DNA from: the human T2T-CHM13v2.0 reference genome, Homo sapiens
Length of the DNA: 64,000 nucleotides
Assembly (NCBI RefSeq): GCF_009914755.1
Contig: NC_060929.1
Reading direction: 5' to 3' (one strand)
Shown: positions 28,314 to 41,107 of the stretch, one piece after another
Layout of the letters: every line of letters begins with the position of its first letter
How positions within the stretch are numbered: position 1 is the stretch's first letter
Notes under the pieces: model-generated
Told to the model about the DNA's origin: nothing
The model's input: only the letters and a program-made list of their open reading frames with translations
Database searches by the model: none
Made by a program: the position numbers and the translations under genes

Positions 28314-29819
28314 ATATGGGTCATATAAGATAAAGTGAAGGGAATGAGAACAAATTTAAGTGATTGGATGAGGCCATCTGATACTCCCAATTTTAGAGAA
28401 AAAATATTTTACTTCATCTTTTGGACTCTAAAGAATCTAATTCTATGTCACTCAAGTATTAATTTGAATATGCAGCCCTTGGATATGGGTCGTACAAGAC
28501 AAAGTGGAGGGAATTATAACAGAAGATAGAAAATAAATGAAGACAGTTAATACTTTTAATGCCTCATAACAGTTTAAATGCATTTATTTTATCAAACCTA
28601 AGTTAAAGACTCTTCAAATAAGCATGGGAAATCATGTAATGTATATGTAAAATAAAGTATCCCAAATCTGGAAGCATTTATACTCCCTAATATTATAAAA
28701 TGAACTTTGTATTAAAGTTCAAGAAGTTCAAGAAGAAAATTACAATGTCTACTTTAGTCAATAAACTATTCCCTGTAGCTGCCTCATTTAATTCAAAATA
28801 AGAATAAAGAAACTGAGGATGGAATTGATCAAAATAAAAACAAAAACAAACTAATCATCTCACTGAACAGAGGCTGTGCATATTTAGACTACATGACTTG
28901 CTAAGCCCTATCTGGATCAGAATCTTCCTCAGCTATTTTCACATGGGAGCCTTAACATTAAAAATAATCATTTTCCCAATTCTAGTACCAAGAATGAAAG
29001 TAGCTTAATTTGAATTACCCTTCCAGAGGTGATAAACTCTGGATAAAATATAAAAGTTAACTATTTAATGCACTGGAGAGCAACCAAAAGTAGGCAGAAA
29101 TTGAAGGGGATTGAATTCTTGAAAGAAAGGGAATGCAACTGGGTGATAACATAAACATTTATGTGACTTCACTTAAGGGAACACTAAAGTCTTCCCATAT
29201 GCAGAATGGCTAATACTCAAGGGGAAACTTACAAGTGTATTGCTTTAGGTGTCAGAGAAGTTTGTGTTTTCTAGAGCAGATGGAAATTAACAGAGCAAGT
29301 CCCAGAAAGCAGGACTTTCTATAACTAAGGGATTTTTCCTAAGACTAAAAGCTAAACTAAAAAGACCCTCCTAATGAAGTGAAAATAAAAGCTCTGTAAG
29401 TTCAAGATCAGCCAAAAATTAAATTGCTAGCTATAACTAAAGTCATAACTCTTCACGGAGTTACTGGAATCCAAAGTCTCTACAATGTTCTTACATATGA
29501 TATGATACAATAATAAGGAGGCTTTGATATCTTGAGGATGCTTACAGTAATACCTTAAACAACTGCTAAATATAAAATAAAATAGAGGTATGACCAAAAA
29601 GGGGGGCAATAAAGAAAATAAAATGGAATAGCAAAACATTTCATTAATGCAAAATAAGATAGAAAAGGAGAAAGAGCAGGGGATGAAGAGATGCAACACA
29701 TAGGAAAAAAGCAGAAAAATTTATATAAGCTCAATCATAGTAAATTTTACATTAAGGATTCCAATTAAAACAGAATGCCAAACTAGACTTTTAATAAAGC
29801 CTGTTGTCTACAAGATGTA

Positions 29820-30079
29820 CTTTTTGTTTTCTTTGAGATAGAGTCTCATTCTGACACCCCGGCTGAGTGCAGAGGCCTGATCCTCACACCTGAACCTCAC
29901 GAGTAGCAGGGACTACAGGCACATGCAACCATGCCTGGCTAATCTTTTAAAAATTTTATTTGTAGAGACAGGTTCTTGCTATGTTGCCAGGCTGGTCTAG
30001 AACTCCTAGGCTCAAGTGATCCTCTTGCCTCAGCCTTCCAAAGTGCCAGGATTACAGGCATGAGCCATCACGCCTGGCC
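29820..30079 (-). mobile_element. AluJ-like, internally deleted
   Basis: Reverse Alu 'gaactcctaggctcaagtgatcctcttgcctcagccttccaaagtgccaggattacaggcatgagcc'. Part of the right arm is missing near 29885. Confidence 0.92.
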
Positions 30080-30533
30080 AAGAGATACATTTTAAATTAA
30101 AAGACATAGATAAGGTGAAAGGAAAAGAGAGGGGAAAAATATATGTATACACCCCCCCCCACACACACACATATATATATATATAAAGATAAGCATTAAA
30201 AATTAGTATGGAAATATTAATATCAGACCAAGTAGAGTTTCAGACAAGGGATATTACCAGAATTAAAAAGATGTATTTCAAGTGTTTGACAGAACAAAAA
30301 GGTGATAGTCAAATCTACAACTATAGTTCAACATTTGTATAATCCTCTTTAATCGATAAAATTTTAAAATATAGTCAATATAGAGAATATTTAATTATAC
30401 TATCAACTACTTTGTCCTAATTTGACATATAGAACAACACACAAAACTGCAGAATGCATAGCCTTTGCAAAGTGTACCTAGAGCATTTACTAATATAGGC
30501 CAAATGCTAGAACATTTTAAAGGTTTAATTATT

Positions 30534-30845
30534 GGCCAGGCGCGGTGGCTCACGCCTGTAATCCCAGCACTTTGGGAGGCTGAGGCGGGTGGGACACCTA
30601 AGGTCAGGAGTTCAAGACCAGCCTGGCCGACTTAGTGAAACCCTGTCTCTAGTAAAAATACAAAAATTAGCCAGGTGTGGTGGCGGGTGCCTGTAATCTC
30701 AGCTACTTGGGAGGCTGAGGCAGAAGAATCATTTGAACACAGGTGGAGGTTGCAGTGAGCCGAGACTGCGCCACTGCACTCTAGCCTGGGTGACAGAGCA
30801 AGACTCTGTCTCAAAAAAAAAAAAAAAAAAAGAAAGAAAGAAAAA
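30534..30845 (+). mobile_element. AluSx-like
   Basis: 'ggccaggcgcggtggctcacgcctgtaatcccagc...aggtcaggagttcaagaccagcctggcc'. TSD approximately aa(g/a)gtttaatt. Confidence 0.97.
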
Positions 30846-33069
30846 CTGAAAAAGTTTAATTTTTAATTGAAATTTTACAAAGTATAACCTCTAATAAGAA
30901 TGGAATTAAATTTGATGTGAATAAAATGACAGCTTAAAATGTCCAAATATTTGGAAAGTTAAAACATACTTTTCAATGACCATGAGTCAAATAAGAAACT
31001 ACAAAGAAAATTAAATATTTTACTGAGTTATGATAAAAATACAACATCTCAAAGCAGAGTTTAGAGGGAAATTTATAGCAGTGAAGATGTATATGAGGAA
31101 ATGAATAAGTTTTTAATTCAATGATCTAAGTTTCCACCTTAAAAAGCTAGAAAAGGAAACAAAGTATATCCAAACTAAATGGAAGGAAAAATAAATAAAA
31201 GACAATAATATAAGGGAAAAAAGCAATAACTATGGAATAATGACAGCAAATTTTCACAATAAATATTTTCAAGGTCTAAGGGTTAGGCTAGGTTAAAATC
31301 TACGTTTACAATTCAGTATAGCAGACTTGTTACATCATCATGGGTCTGGAACAGCCACTTACAGAGCTGAAATGACAAGAAAATTTGTGTTGTGAAAATG
31401 TAAAGCTTTAGGTTTTCATCTAGATATATAAATAGTTCTTCCACTATGCAAAAAGCTTTGACCACCTTTCTATACCTTTATGAACTGGTCAAAATGCAAG
31501 ATACAAAATGATGTGGTTTGTTTGCAAAATCTTCTTCACTTTTTTTAAGGAATGTGCATTTTATTTCTAGAATAAATTTATTCATGACACTCCACTAAAA
31601 TGTTTTCCCCAAAGAAAGTGACATTCTTCCCATTGTTTCCATGGCTCCAGCAAGCAAAAATGGGTGTAACAAGTGGTCCAAACACTTTTTACTTTCTTAT
31701 AGAACAACAGAAAAGAAAAATAACTGCCTTCCCTGGTACTAAGCTGCACCAAATACAAATGCTGAAGAAGCACTTGGGCTAAAAACAAATTCTAATCTGA
31801 TGCATTAACCTCTTTGAAGAGATAATATTGGCATCTAAGCTATTAATTAACTTCTGTTTATAAAGGAATTGTAAGAGAAAAGTAGAATGTAAATACTAAT
31901 TAGTCTTATTATAATAATTATATTTTATCCTTATAATGTTATATAACCCTTAAGAAGAAATTAAGTTGTCATTTTAAGTATAATAAAGAATAAAAACTTT
32001 TGAGTGCCTACATTACAAAGTTACAGGATAACTTTTCAGGAGACAAATTTATTGCACTCAAGTGTAGCCTTAAGATGAATGCAGCATAGGTGACCATTTT
32101 AAAGGTTCTCATAGGTTGGTAGAATTTAAGAAAAGGAGAAATAACTCGCAGGTCCCAAATAACCCCACATTAACTGGCTATATTCCTGGAATTTTCCCAT
32201 TCACATTTATTCTGTTGGGTTAATAGCTTTTGGGCCTTCAAGAGATCTCCACAAAATGTTCACTATGGAAATAACCCCTAAGACATTTTAAACAAATACC
32301 TCAAAAATCACTGGTTGAAGCTATCAAAGTGTAAAAGAGGTGGTTTGTGGAAAACAAGCACCATCAGAAGTGGGAAAGAGCTCTCCCATGATTACCTAAT
32401 TCACTTAGGTCTAATCTTGTAGGGAAGTGAAATGTTGCTTAGTTTTGCCGAGTTTTTAATATAATTATATTGAATTGTTTGTTACTAGAAATTTTGTGAT
32501 AATAAGGAAAAGAGATGATTATCACAGAAATATTGTTATTTTGGGGATAGCAAATATCTTTTTTCTAAGTGTTTCTGTCTGTTTTTGGTTTTGTTTTGTT
32601 TGTTATAAACTCCTCCATAGAGTATGTGTGTGATTATTAAAGGGAAACTTCAAGAGTCTGATCTTTTAGGAATGTTGTAATTTAAAAATATGGATGTCAT
32701 TTCATAAATGTTCCTCAAGTCTTATGATTCCAATCCCATCAAATGCATTGGTCAAGTGTTGTCCTCATGAGGCTAGTAATGGTTTGCCAGGGAATTTCTG
32801 CAGTTCCAGGGACTGAAACCAGGGCTGACAAATCACAGGGCTAAAGATGCAAACTGAAATTTCAGTCACCGAGTGGGAAGGACAAATTTTTCAGTCACTG
32901 AGTAGAAGGACAAGTTTTAGCAAAGGAATTTTCAATAATTAGTATAAACCTAGGTCATTTTCAAGACCAGTTTTAAATCTTGAAGGGGAAATAAAAGGAA
33001 TAAAAGAAACATCAGTTTAGCTCAGCCTTCACCTTTAGACCATGATCCTTTCTCTTTAATAGGCAAATT

Positions 33070-33625
33070 GGCTCTTGTCACTCCTCCTGGTTAAAACCCT
33101 CCAGTGACTTCCCTTTGCACTTAGAATATAACTGGAACTCCTCATTTGGATGTATGAGCCCTACATGGTCTGGCTTCAATATGCGAACCTCACCTCCTTC
33201 CACTTTCCCCTCACTCACTACCCGGTAGCCACATTGCCCACGTTTTTAGAACTGCACATGGCAAGTGAGCCCCTTCCTTCATTTGGGCATTGTACTCACT
33301 GTTCCCTCTGCCTGTACCGTATGTCTACACTCTTTTTCACAAAGCAAGTTCATTCTCTTCCAGCAGGCCTCCACTTAAAAATCCTTTCCTCAAAGAGATC
33401 TTTCCTGGCTATCTGAAGTAGAATTCTTCAATTACTTTCATTATTATCATCTGGTTAATTTCAATCATGGGACTTAAAACAATCTGTAATTACTTCGGTT
33501 GCTTATTGATTTATCTGTTACCTTTTTTAGGTTATAAGCTATGTAAAGTTGGGGAGCATATTTTTCTTGTTTGTCACCATATCTCTAGTTAGCATGGTGC
33601 CTAGCCTACAGAAGAGATTTCAGTT
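33070..33625 (+). mobile_element. L2 3' fragment
   Basis: 'tgtcactcctcctggttaaaaccctccagtgacttccctttgcacttagaata', 'cactgttccctctgcctg' and 'tagcatggtgcctagc'. Confidence 0.8.
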
Positions 33626-33739
33626 ATGTTTAGCTTATTATTTTTACTATGATCCCAAAGCTTAACAGAAGCCACTCTGACAGCTAGACTGTCTTGTCTC
33701 CAATGTCAATTTGTTTTCTTCTTTTTCAAATCATGTGAA

Positions 33740-34080
33740 AACAGTGGAAGTAGTGAAAAGTGACCTGATTTTAGAAATATTTGGAAAGTAACAACTACAT
33801 GATTGTCTGACAGATTGAATGTGTAATATAGGTGATATAGAGTCAAAGATGATTTTAATATCTGAGTTAATCCAAGAATGAATTTTCAATTTACTGAGAA
33901 AATAATGAGGTGGGCAGGTTTGGGTGAGAGGAAGGGAGATGAGTTCAATTTCAGATATGTTAAATTTGAAATATTTATAAATCCACTTAAATTAAAACAA
34001 ATGTAGATAGTTGCATACCTGAGTATAGTACCGAAGGGAAGATCAGGGTGCTGAGGGACCACCAGAGACCAACGTAAAAT
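33740..34080 (-). mobile_element. L2 fragment
   Basis: 'gagtcaaagatgatttt..tttactgag..gatgagttcaatttcagatatgttaaatttgaaat'. Confidence 0.7.
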
Positions 34081-34941
34081 GTTTATCATTATGAACCTCA
34101 CTAACTGGATTAAGGAATGATTGATTCCACTTTTCATCCAGATGCTGCAGCGATGTGCATCCAGAGCCTCCTCTACTCAGGTTTGCCTAGGTTGAAATTC
34201 CATGGGATTAATTTAAACAAGATCTTTGTTTTCCATAAGCCCATTACTATCCCTGTTATACACAGCAAGTCTTAAACATTTGCTGAATTTGTAGTAAATG
34301 TTTCTCCTTCACCTTACCTTCTGCTTTAAAAACACTAATTTGAGTGGTTATGAAATGACTGTGCATAAAATGGAGCTGTGTGACTTTTTTAGAGGACAAT
34401 GATGCCTTGACTTTTCTGTCCCCAAGGATCTGACCCTTAAAATTCTATAAGGACATGGAATAATTGGTTATTTGCATATGTCTCTTTTTTCTTTCTTCCC
34501 TTTGTGTGTTGTTCAAAATCAGACAATGTATTCCTTGGACTATCTTGGCAGTTTATGAGCCTGAATCAATCAGCTAATTTGTAAGCATGGCACAGGATTT
34601 ATGTGTACAGCTATAAATGAACATAGTTATTTCTCTATTTTAAATATAATAATCACTTTAGACAGTATACTTTTAATTAATTACTGCAGATTTTTTACTA
34701 GTTTTCATCTTAAATATGAGCATTTCACAATCCTCTATTAAAACTCTGCTTTGAGATGTAGAGCTGTGGAACACCAATCAGGAAAAACATAAATATAGAG
34801 GACATATTTTAATATAGCTACTTGAGCAGAGGAAAGTGGTTTTCTTGTAAATTTTAAATATCGTGCTTTCAAAGAGAGATGCTGATACGGGAATAGAAGA
34901 CAGCAAAGCTGCAGAATTGAAAATAATACAAAAATTGCCTT

Positions 34942-35440
34942 TATTATTCAGAATTCCCCAAAGAAACAAAACCAACAGGATATGAGTAGGTGTAAACAAA
35001 CATGTATATACATAGAGAGAGGAATTGACTCATGTGATTGTAGAGGCTGCTGATAATTCCCAAGATCTGCAGTTGGCAAGCTAGAGACCCAGGATTGCCA
35101 ATGTATAGTTCCAGTCTGAAAGCTCACAGGCTGAAGACCCAAGAGTCTGTTTCAATTCGAGTCTGAAGACAAGAAAAGACTGATGTCCCAGCTTACCCAG
35201 TCAGGCAGAGGAGTTCTGCTTTACTCACAGAAGGGTTAGCCTTTTTGTTCTATTCAGACCTTCAACTGATTGGACAAGGGCCACCCAAATTAGGAAGGGC
35301 AACTTGCTTTACTCAGTCTACTAATTCAAATGTTGATCTCATCTAACAGCACTCTCACAGACACACCCATAGTAATGTTTGACCAAATACTTGTATGCCC
35401 TAATGCCCAGGCAAGTTGACACATAAAATTAGCCATCACA
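34942..35440 (+). mobile_element. MLT2 (ERVL) solo LTR
   Basis: 'agaaacaaaaccaacaggata..ggaattgactcatgtgatt..cttcaactgattggacaagggccacccaaattaggaagggcaac..caagttgacacataaaattagccatcaca'. Confidence 0.9.
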
Positions 35441-35624
35441 TTGTCACATAAATATGACAGGGCACTTATTTTCATACAAGAAACTATTTTTCCTCAAAAA
35501 AATTAACAATGAAGTTAATTCTTATTCATGTATACCTTCTTTCCTCCCAGGAGTGTCGCTTTTAACCATTAGAGTGTTGCTACATCTCTTTGAAAATTAT
35601 GGGAGTTTTCCATAACCAAACTGG

Positions 35625-35760
35625 AAGAGAAGACATCTTGAGTTCTTATACTAACTCTGATTCCCAGCTCCCTAACTCCTGAGTGAACTTAGGACAAGTC
35701 AGTTAAACTTGTGAAATCTTAATTCCTCAAATACAAATACAAGAAGGACACTGGACCAAA
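35625..35760 (+). mobile_element. MIR fragment
   Basis: 'ttcccagctccctaactcctgagtgaacttaggacaagtcagttaaactt..ttcctcaaatacaaa'. Confidence 0.6.
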
Positions 35761-36019
35761 GGGCTCCTATGGCTCTTCCGTGGGAATGACTCTTTAACTG
35801 GTGATAGCTCCCTTCTCTACTACTGTATGTGTTTGGACCCATCATAGGTGGAAGTGAACTCCCCAGCTTTTAGCCTAAGAACAAGTCCTTGTGGTGATCA
35901 TGATGGTTAGGGGAGCAGAGGAGAAAAAGCAACACCATCTGCTACCTGAATTGTTTGCACTGACCATAGTAGGAAGAAAAATCGTTCTAAAGTACCCAAC
36001 ATGTCCGAAATACACATTG

Positions 36020-36334
<315 letters not shown>

Positions 36335-39300
36335 TAAATAGGCATTCCTATACTCACATAATTATACAAAACGAAACCATGCTTCTTTATTTCCTTTCTT
36401 TTTTGTTATTTTATTCAAATGTCTACTCAGAATTTTGTCAAGGGGAGGAGAAGGAAGTATGAAAAGTGAAGGAACCTGGTCAGTTCAACAGTGCTGTCCA
36501 CAGGTGTGGCCCAAATCAGACTCGCATATCTAATTCTTTGAATTTTCTTTTCACTAAAATATAGAGGGTGTCTATTGCTCTGAGCTAGTTTCACCATCCA
36601 TAACTCTCTAAGTTTTCTTCCAAGACTGTGATAACCACAGTAATGTTCTGTGGTACCAGTTACACAAAAGACTAGAAGTTAACTGTCTAGCATACCTTAC
36701 GGATAAAAGTGGATGTTAAACTGACCTATTTTTTTCCACCAACCTTAAATTTTTGTTATTTTTGTTGGCTTTGTGTGTTTTGTTTTAGGGGGTTGTTTTT
36801 GTTTGTTTTGTTTGTTTTGGAGGCAAGTCTGTTTTCCTCAGATGGTTAAATCTAGTATTTTTAAAATCTACTTGAGTTCAAACAGATTAATATATTTTAT
36901 GGTTAATTTCACCCTTCACCATTTTACTCCCCAATAGAATCTAAATGCAAATGGACTGAGAAAACAGTATTAGAAGTAGTTGTCCACACACTGGAGTAAA
37001 AATATGGTAATTATCCCACTGTTGTGACTCCCCAAGACAGCCAAATAGGATCATTCAAATCCTAAAGGAAGTTTCAGGGGTCTCAATTACCCACTTTGGC
37101 TGTCTACATCAATCAAAATAACTACCCTCTTTTCCAATTCTCATTCATGCTGTAACATATAGCTACAATTACAGGTGAAATATAAGGAATCACTTTGTGA
37201 CAGTGAGGCTTGTTCAGCAACAGAGCATATAAACACTGAATCATTTCCATTTCTGATAATTGGAAACCCATTGAGTCAGGGTTGGATTAGATGCATCTCT
37301 GACTGTGGGAAGGAGATAAAGTTCCTTATTGAAAACTCTTTTAGTACTTTCATTTATTTAAGTATATTATTTCCTAAATATGTAGTGTTCTGTCTATATA
37401 TTCTCCAAAAAAAAGCAATTATATTTTTCTTTTTTTCTGTCTTCCAGCCAAATTACCACTCTCTTGGGCCTATAACTTTATCATACTCCTGAACATATTT
37501 GACCAAGTGGTACTAAAACTTTGAAATACAAGGCTAAAGTTACTGCTTACTGAGCCAGGGGTGTAAGAATTTACAGTACTACTACTCACTGGGTCTATCT
37601 TGGCTCATGTTTAATAGTGATGGATTTCTAGCACGCAGAATTTAGAGATTTTTCACTATTTTCACAACATTGGGATTATTAATAGAGTAGTATCTGAAAC
37701 TGAACAATATAGGGGAAGGGGAAAGAGAGGTTGTGAATTATTTTGTGTGACTTTTTAATTCTTTTGATATGCATGCACTTGTCACAACCTCTCCTTGCTT
37801 CATAACAGTATGCATAACGTGTGGTTGATTCTTTGGCCATCTCTATGCAGAATTCTGTGTGACAGCAAGTGCTACATGATGACTGGGAATGTGATGATGA
37901 TTGCTGCTGCCACTTCCACAACTACTCTACCTCCACCATCTTCACCACCACTACTGCAATATACCGTTAGGCTGATAATAAATCTGGAAAGTTTACCCTG
38001 GGTTAATCCAACTCATACTTGGCTAAAATGCCTCAGAAGCAAATATGCAGAATATGAACACAGAATTGGTGACTCAGGTTCTCAGGTTCTCAGAGTGGAG
38101 TTAATTGCCCCTCCTAAGCCCATGGGCCATATCACCTTGCTGACTGTTAACAGGCTTGACTCTCCCAGCCAGAAATAGTTCCATCATGGAAGTTGTCCGA
38201 GTGCCAAGTAGATTTGCCATGTATTGTTCTTCTTTCTGTATTTAATTTATAGACAGATAGTGAGCATTATTGGAATAAGACCCTCAGGCATTTGAGAACT
38301 TGTGAGGATGAGTATGTCAGATTTCTATTTTTTTTAAATGCACAGCCTTTAGAGAGAGACCTGGAAAATCATTGCTGCCTGCATGGCATGCAATGCCATT
38401 TCTAATCCAGCAAGAAAAGAGGCAAAGAAAAATTACTATATGTGACTTTTTTTCTATGATTTACTTATCACAAGCTCTCTTTGCTTGATATCTGTATGCT
38501 AATAGGTGGTTGACTTGTCAGCCAACTGTGTTCAGAATTCTCTGTGACAATGTTGGCTTGCTTACATAAATGGTTTAGTAAAATTTCCACGCTTAAGATA
38601 GGCATTTTTCTTTAAGCAAATAGTTTCATGAAGGAAAAAAAACCCCAAGGGGATCACTTGACATTAGTTCTGGCTCAACAAGACTCAGGTTAGTGAACTA
38701 TTGTGAACAGCCAAGAATTTAGTGACATATCACTTCAGATATGATGGATGCTTAGCAATTACTGATCATATATTGCACTGACAGAGTTGGCATTGAAAGT
38801 GGAAGCTGTTCAGAATGATAAATGGATATGACAATTTATTAAAGATAGAAAGCATGATTAGTGTTGGATGTAGATGTACCCTTTAAAAAACGAGGTAGGA
38901 AATGAAATAAAAACAAAATTTTATATATATATAAAATACATATTATATATATACATACACACACATATATATCTTGAGGGGTAATAAAGATATTCTTGAA
39001 CATAAATGTCACACAATTTTTAGACAGTCATGGTGTCTCCACTTCTCCTGACTAGTACCTTCCTCATGCCCTCCTTCTGGTCATTAGTATTCCTCATGGA
39101 GTCCATATTGCAGAGTGCCTCAAGCCTGCTTAGAGGATCTTTTGAGTCTGTTCTAACACTTCTGATTTCATTGTAGCCCTTGACATGAACATTTTCATGT
39201 AAAGTTTCTGGTCAAGCTGTTTGTGCTGTTTCCCTTTCACGAATGAAAAGGAAGTACTAGGACTAAACGTGCTATGGAAAGAGAGTAATCCCCTAAATAT

Positions 39301-39359
39301 GCATATATGCTTTGTTTATTGGATAAACTGATTGAGGAAATACACAATGCCACTGCTAA

Positions 39360-39634
39360 TTATATATATATATAATTATATATATATATACACACACACA
39401 TATATATGTGTATATATGTATATATATAAAATTATATATATGTATATATATAATTATATATATACACACACACATATATGTGTATATATGTATATATATA
39501 AAATTATATATGTGTATATATGTATATATATATGTATATATATACAATTATATATACACACACATATATGTGTATATATGTATATATAATTATATATATT
39601 TTGCATATATATGTATACACACACATATATATGC
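39360..39634. repeat. Compound (TA)n/(CA)n/(TG)n tandem array
   Basis: Recurring block 'tatatatataattatatatatacacacacacatatatgtgtatatatg' occurs about 4 times. Confidence 0.95.
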
Positions 39635-39672
39635 AAAAATAATTCATAAATCTTATTTAAAAAAATTTTTTT

Positions 39673-39965
39673 GGCTGGTCATGGTAGTTCATGCCTGTAA
39701 TCCAAGACTTTGGGAGGCTGAGGTGGGAGGACCAGTTGAGGCCAGGAGTTTGAGATCAGCCAGGGCAACACAGCAACACTTTGTCTGTACAAAAATAAAA
39801 ATAAAAAAATTAGCTAGGTGTGGTGGTGTGTGCCTGTACTCCTAGCTACTCAGGAGGCTGAGAGGCAGGAGGATCTCATGGGCCCAGGAGTTTGAGTCTG
39901 CTGAGTTATGTTTGTGCCACTGCACTCCAGCCTGGGCAATAGAGCAAGACCATATCTCCAAAACA
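39673..39965 (+). mobile_element. AluJ-like
   Basis: 'gaggtgggaggaccagttgaggccaggagtttgag..ggcaggaggatc..cccaggagtttgagtctgc'. Confidence 0.93.
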
Positions 39966-40479
39966 AAGTCTGATAGACTAGTAAAATTTTACAAACAGCT
40001 GTAAACCTGTCAATTAATCAGAAAAGCCATTAAATTTTGCTTCTAAGTAATAATCTGCCTTCACGATTTCTTGGTATTTTGATATGTGTAAATGTTTTAT
40101 TAGAGAATATAAATTCATTTCTGTTGTATATACATAAATATACATTATATATGGTATACAATATTACCGCCCTTCCCATGTAATGCATTTAATAAAACAA
40201 TTTACAAAAATGTTTTATTAGGTTTCTACTATAAGTTCTTTAGAAATATCGTACACACATATGGGAATGACTCCTGTTGTCACCTACATTCAGTGAACAC
40301 AATGTATGCTCAGGGATAATGAAAAATGAAGATTCTATCACTATCTGAATGGGTAGATTTTAGGAAAGCCTTTATCTGTCCTTGAAATCAACATCTCCAT
40401 ACACTTAAAATATTTAAAGCATTACTATATCATATTTTAAGGTTATCACAATCTTTTATAAATTTTTCTTAAGTTTTTA

Positions 40480-41075
40480 TAAATCCTCTTTTATTTTCTT
40501 CTAACTCTCTGGCTGTTCCTAAGGCTTGGTTTGTTTTTTGCTTTTATGTCCTTCTCCTTTTTCCATATATTGAATGGTGACATTCCTCAAAATTCTACCA
40601 GAGGCCTGTTTCTCATGTTACTGTGCTCCTTCCCAAGGAAATGTTGCTTGTGCCCATGACTTTAATCGTCACATTTATTCAAATGACTCACAGCCCAGGC
40701 TTCTTTCCTGAACTACAAAATTTTGAAACTCACTGCCTACTTAATATCTCCACTGAAAGAACTCAAAAGCAGTACCACAAATTCAACATGTCCAAAGCCA
40801 AACCCACAATCTTTTCCTACCCCCAACTCTGCCTTGTCCTCTTCCATCATTCTTTGTCTTAGTGAATGACACAACTATTCAACCAGTTGCTCAGCCTGGA
40901 AAAAAAAGAAGCACCTTTGGTATTTTCATCTCCTTCCTGTCACCCTTTCATATGTAATGATCACCAAATGCTATTGCTCTTTATTCTAAGTATTATGCAG
41001 TTTATTCATCTCCTTTCCATTTCTATTGCCACTAATCTAGTGCAGGCTATATTGAATGGCATATTTCATGTTCTC
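40480..41075 (+). mobile_element. L2 fragment
   Basis: 'cactgcctacttaatatctccactg..aattcaacatgtccaaagccaaac..tcttagtgaatgacacaactattcaaccagttgctcagcc'. Confidence 0.8.
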
Positions 41076-41107
41076 CCTAACTAACAAAGCCAACAATGGC
41101 AATAACA

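Larger units (their letters stand above)
28970..31230 (+). mobile_element. Old L1M fragments (5' region and ORF2 endonuclease remnants) hosting two Alus
   Basis: 'aactctggataaaatataaaa', 'attaatatcagaccaagtagagtttcagacaagg' and 'tttagagggaaatttatagca..caatgatctaagtttccaccttaaaaagctagaaaa'. Confidence 0.7.

Noticed and set aside
28284-28514. Repeat-spacer-repeat layout superficially like a CRISPR unit
   Set aside because: Eukaryotic DNA, only two ~60-bp repeats, and the spacer is a copy of nearby sequence. Better explained as a templated insertion.
37035-37105. 11-bp perfect inverted repeat agacagccaaa/tttggctgtct with a 49-bp spacer
   Set aside because: No TSD or internal pairing; plausible by chance in 64 kb.
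37795-38178. 127-aa ORF with T/P-rich stretch
   Set aside because: Built on degenerate (GAT)/(CAC) triplet low complexity, with no splice signals or recognisable domain, and on the strand opposite the gene.
39332-39845. Y/I/C-rich ORFs on both strands
   Set aside because: Translation of the TA/CA microsatellite and the adjacent Alu.
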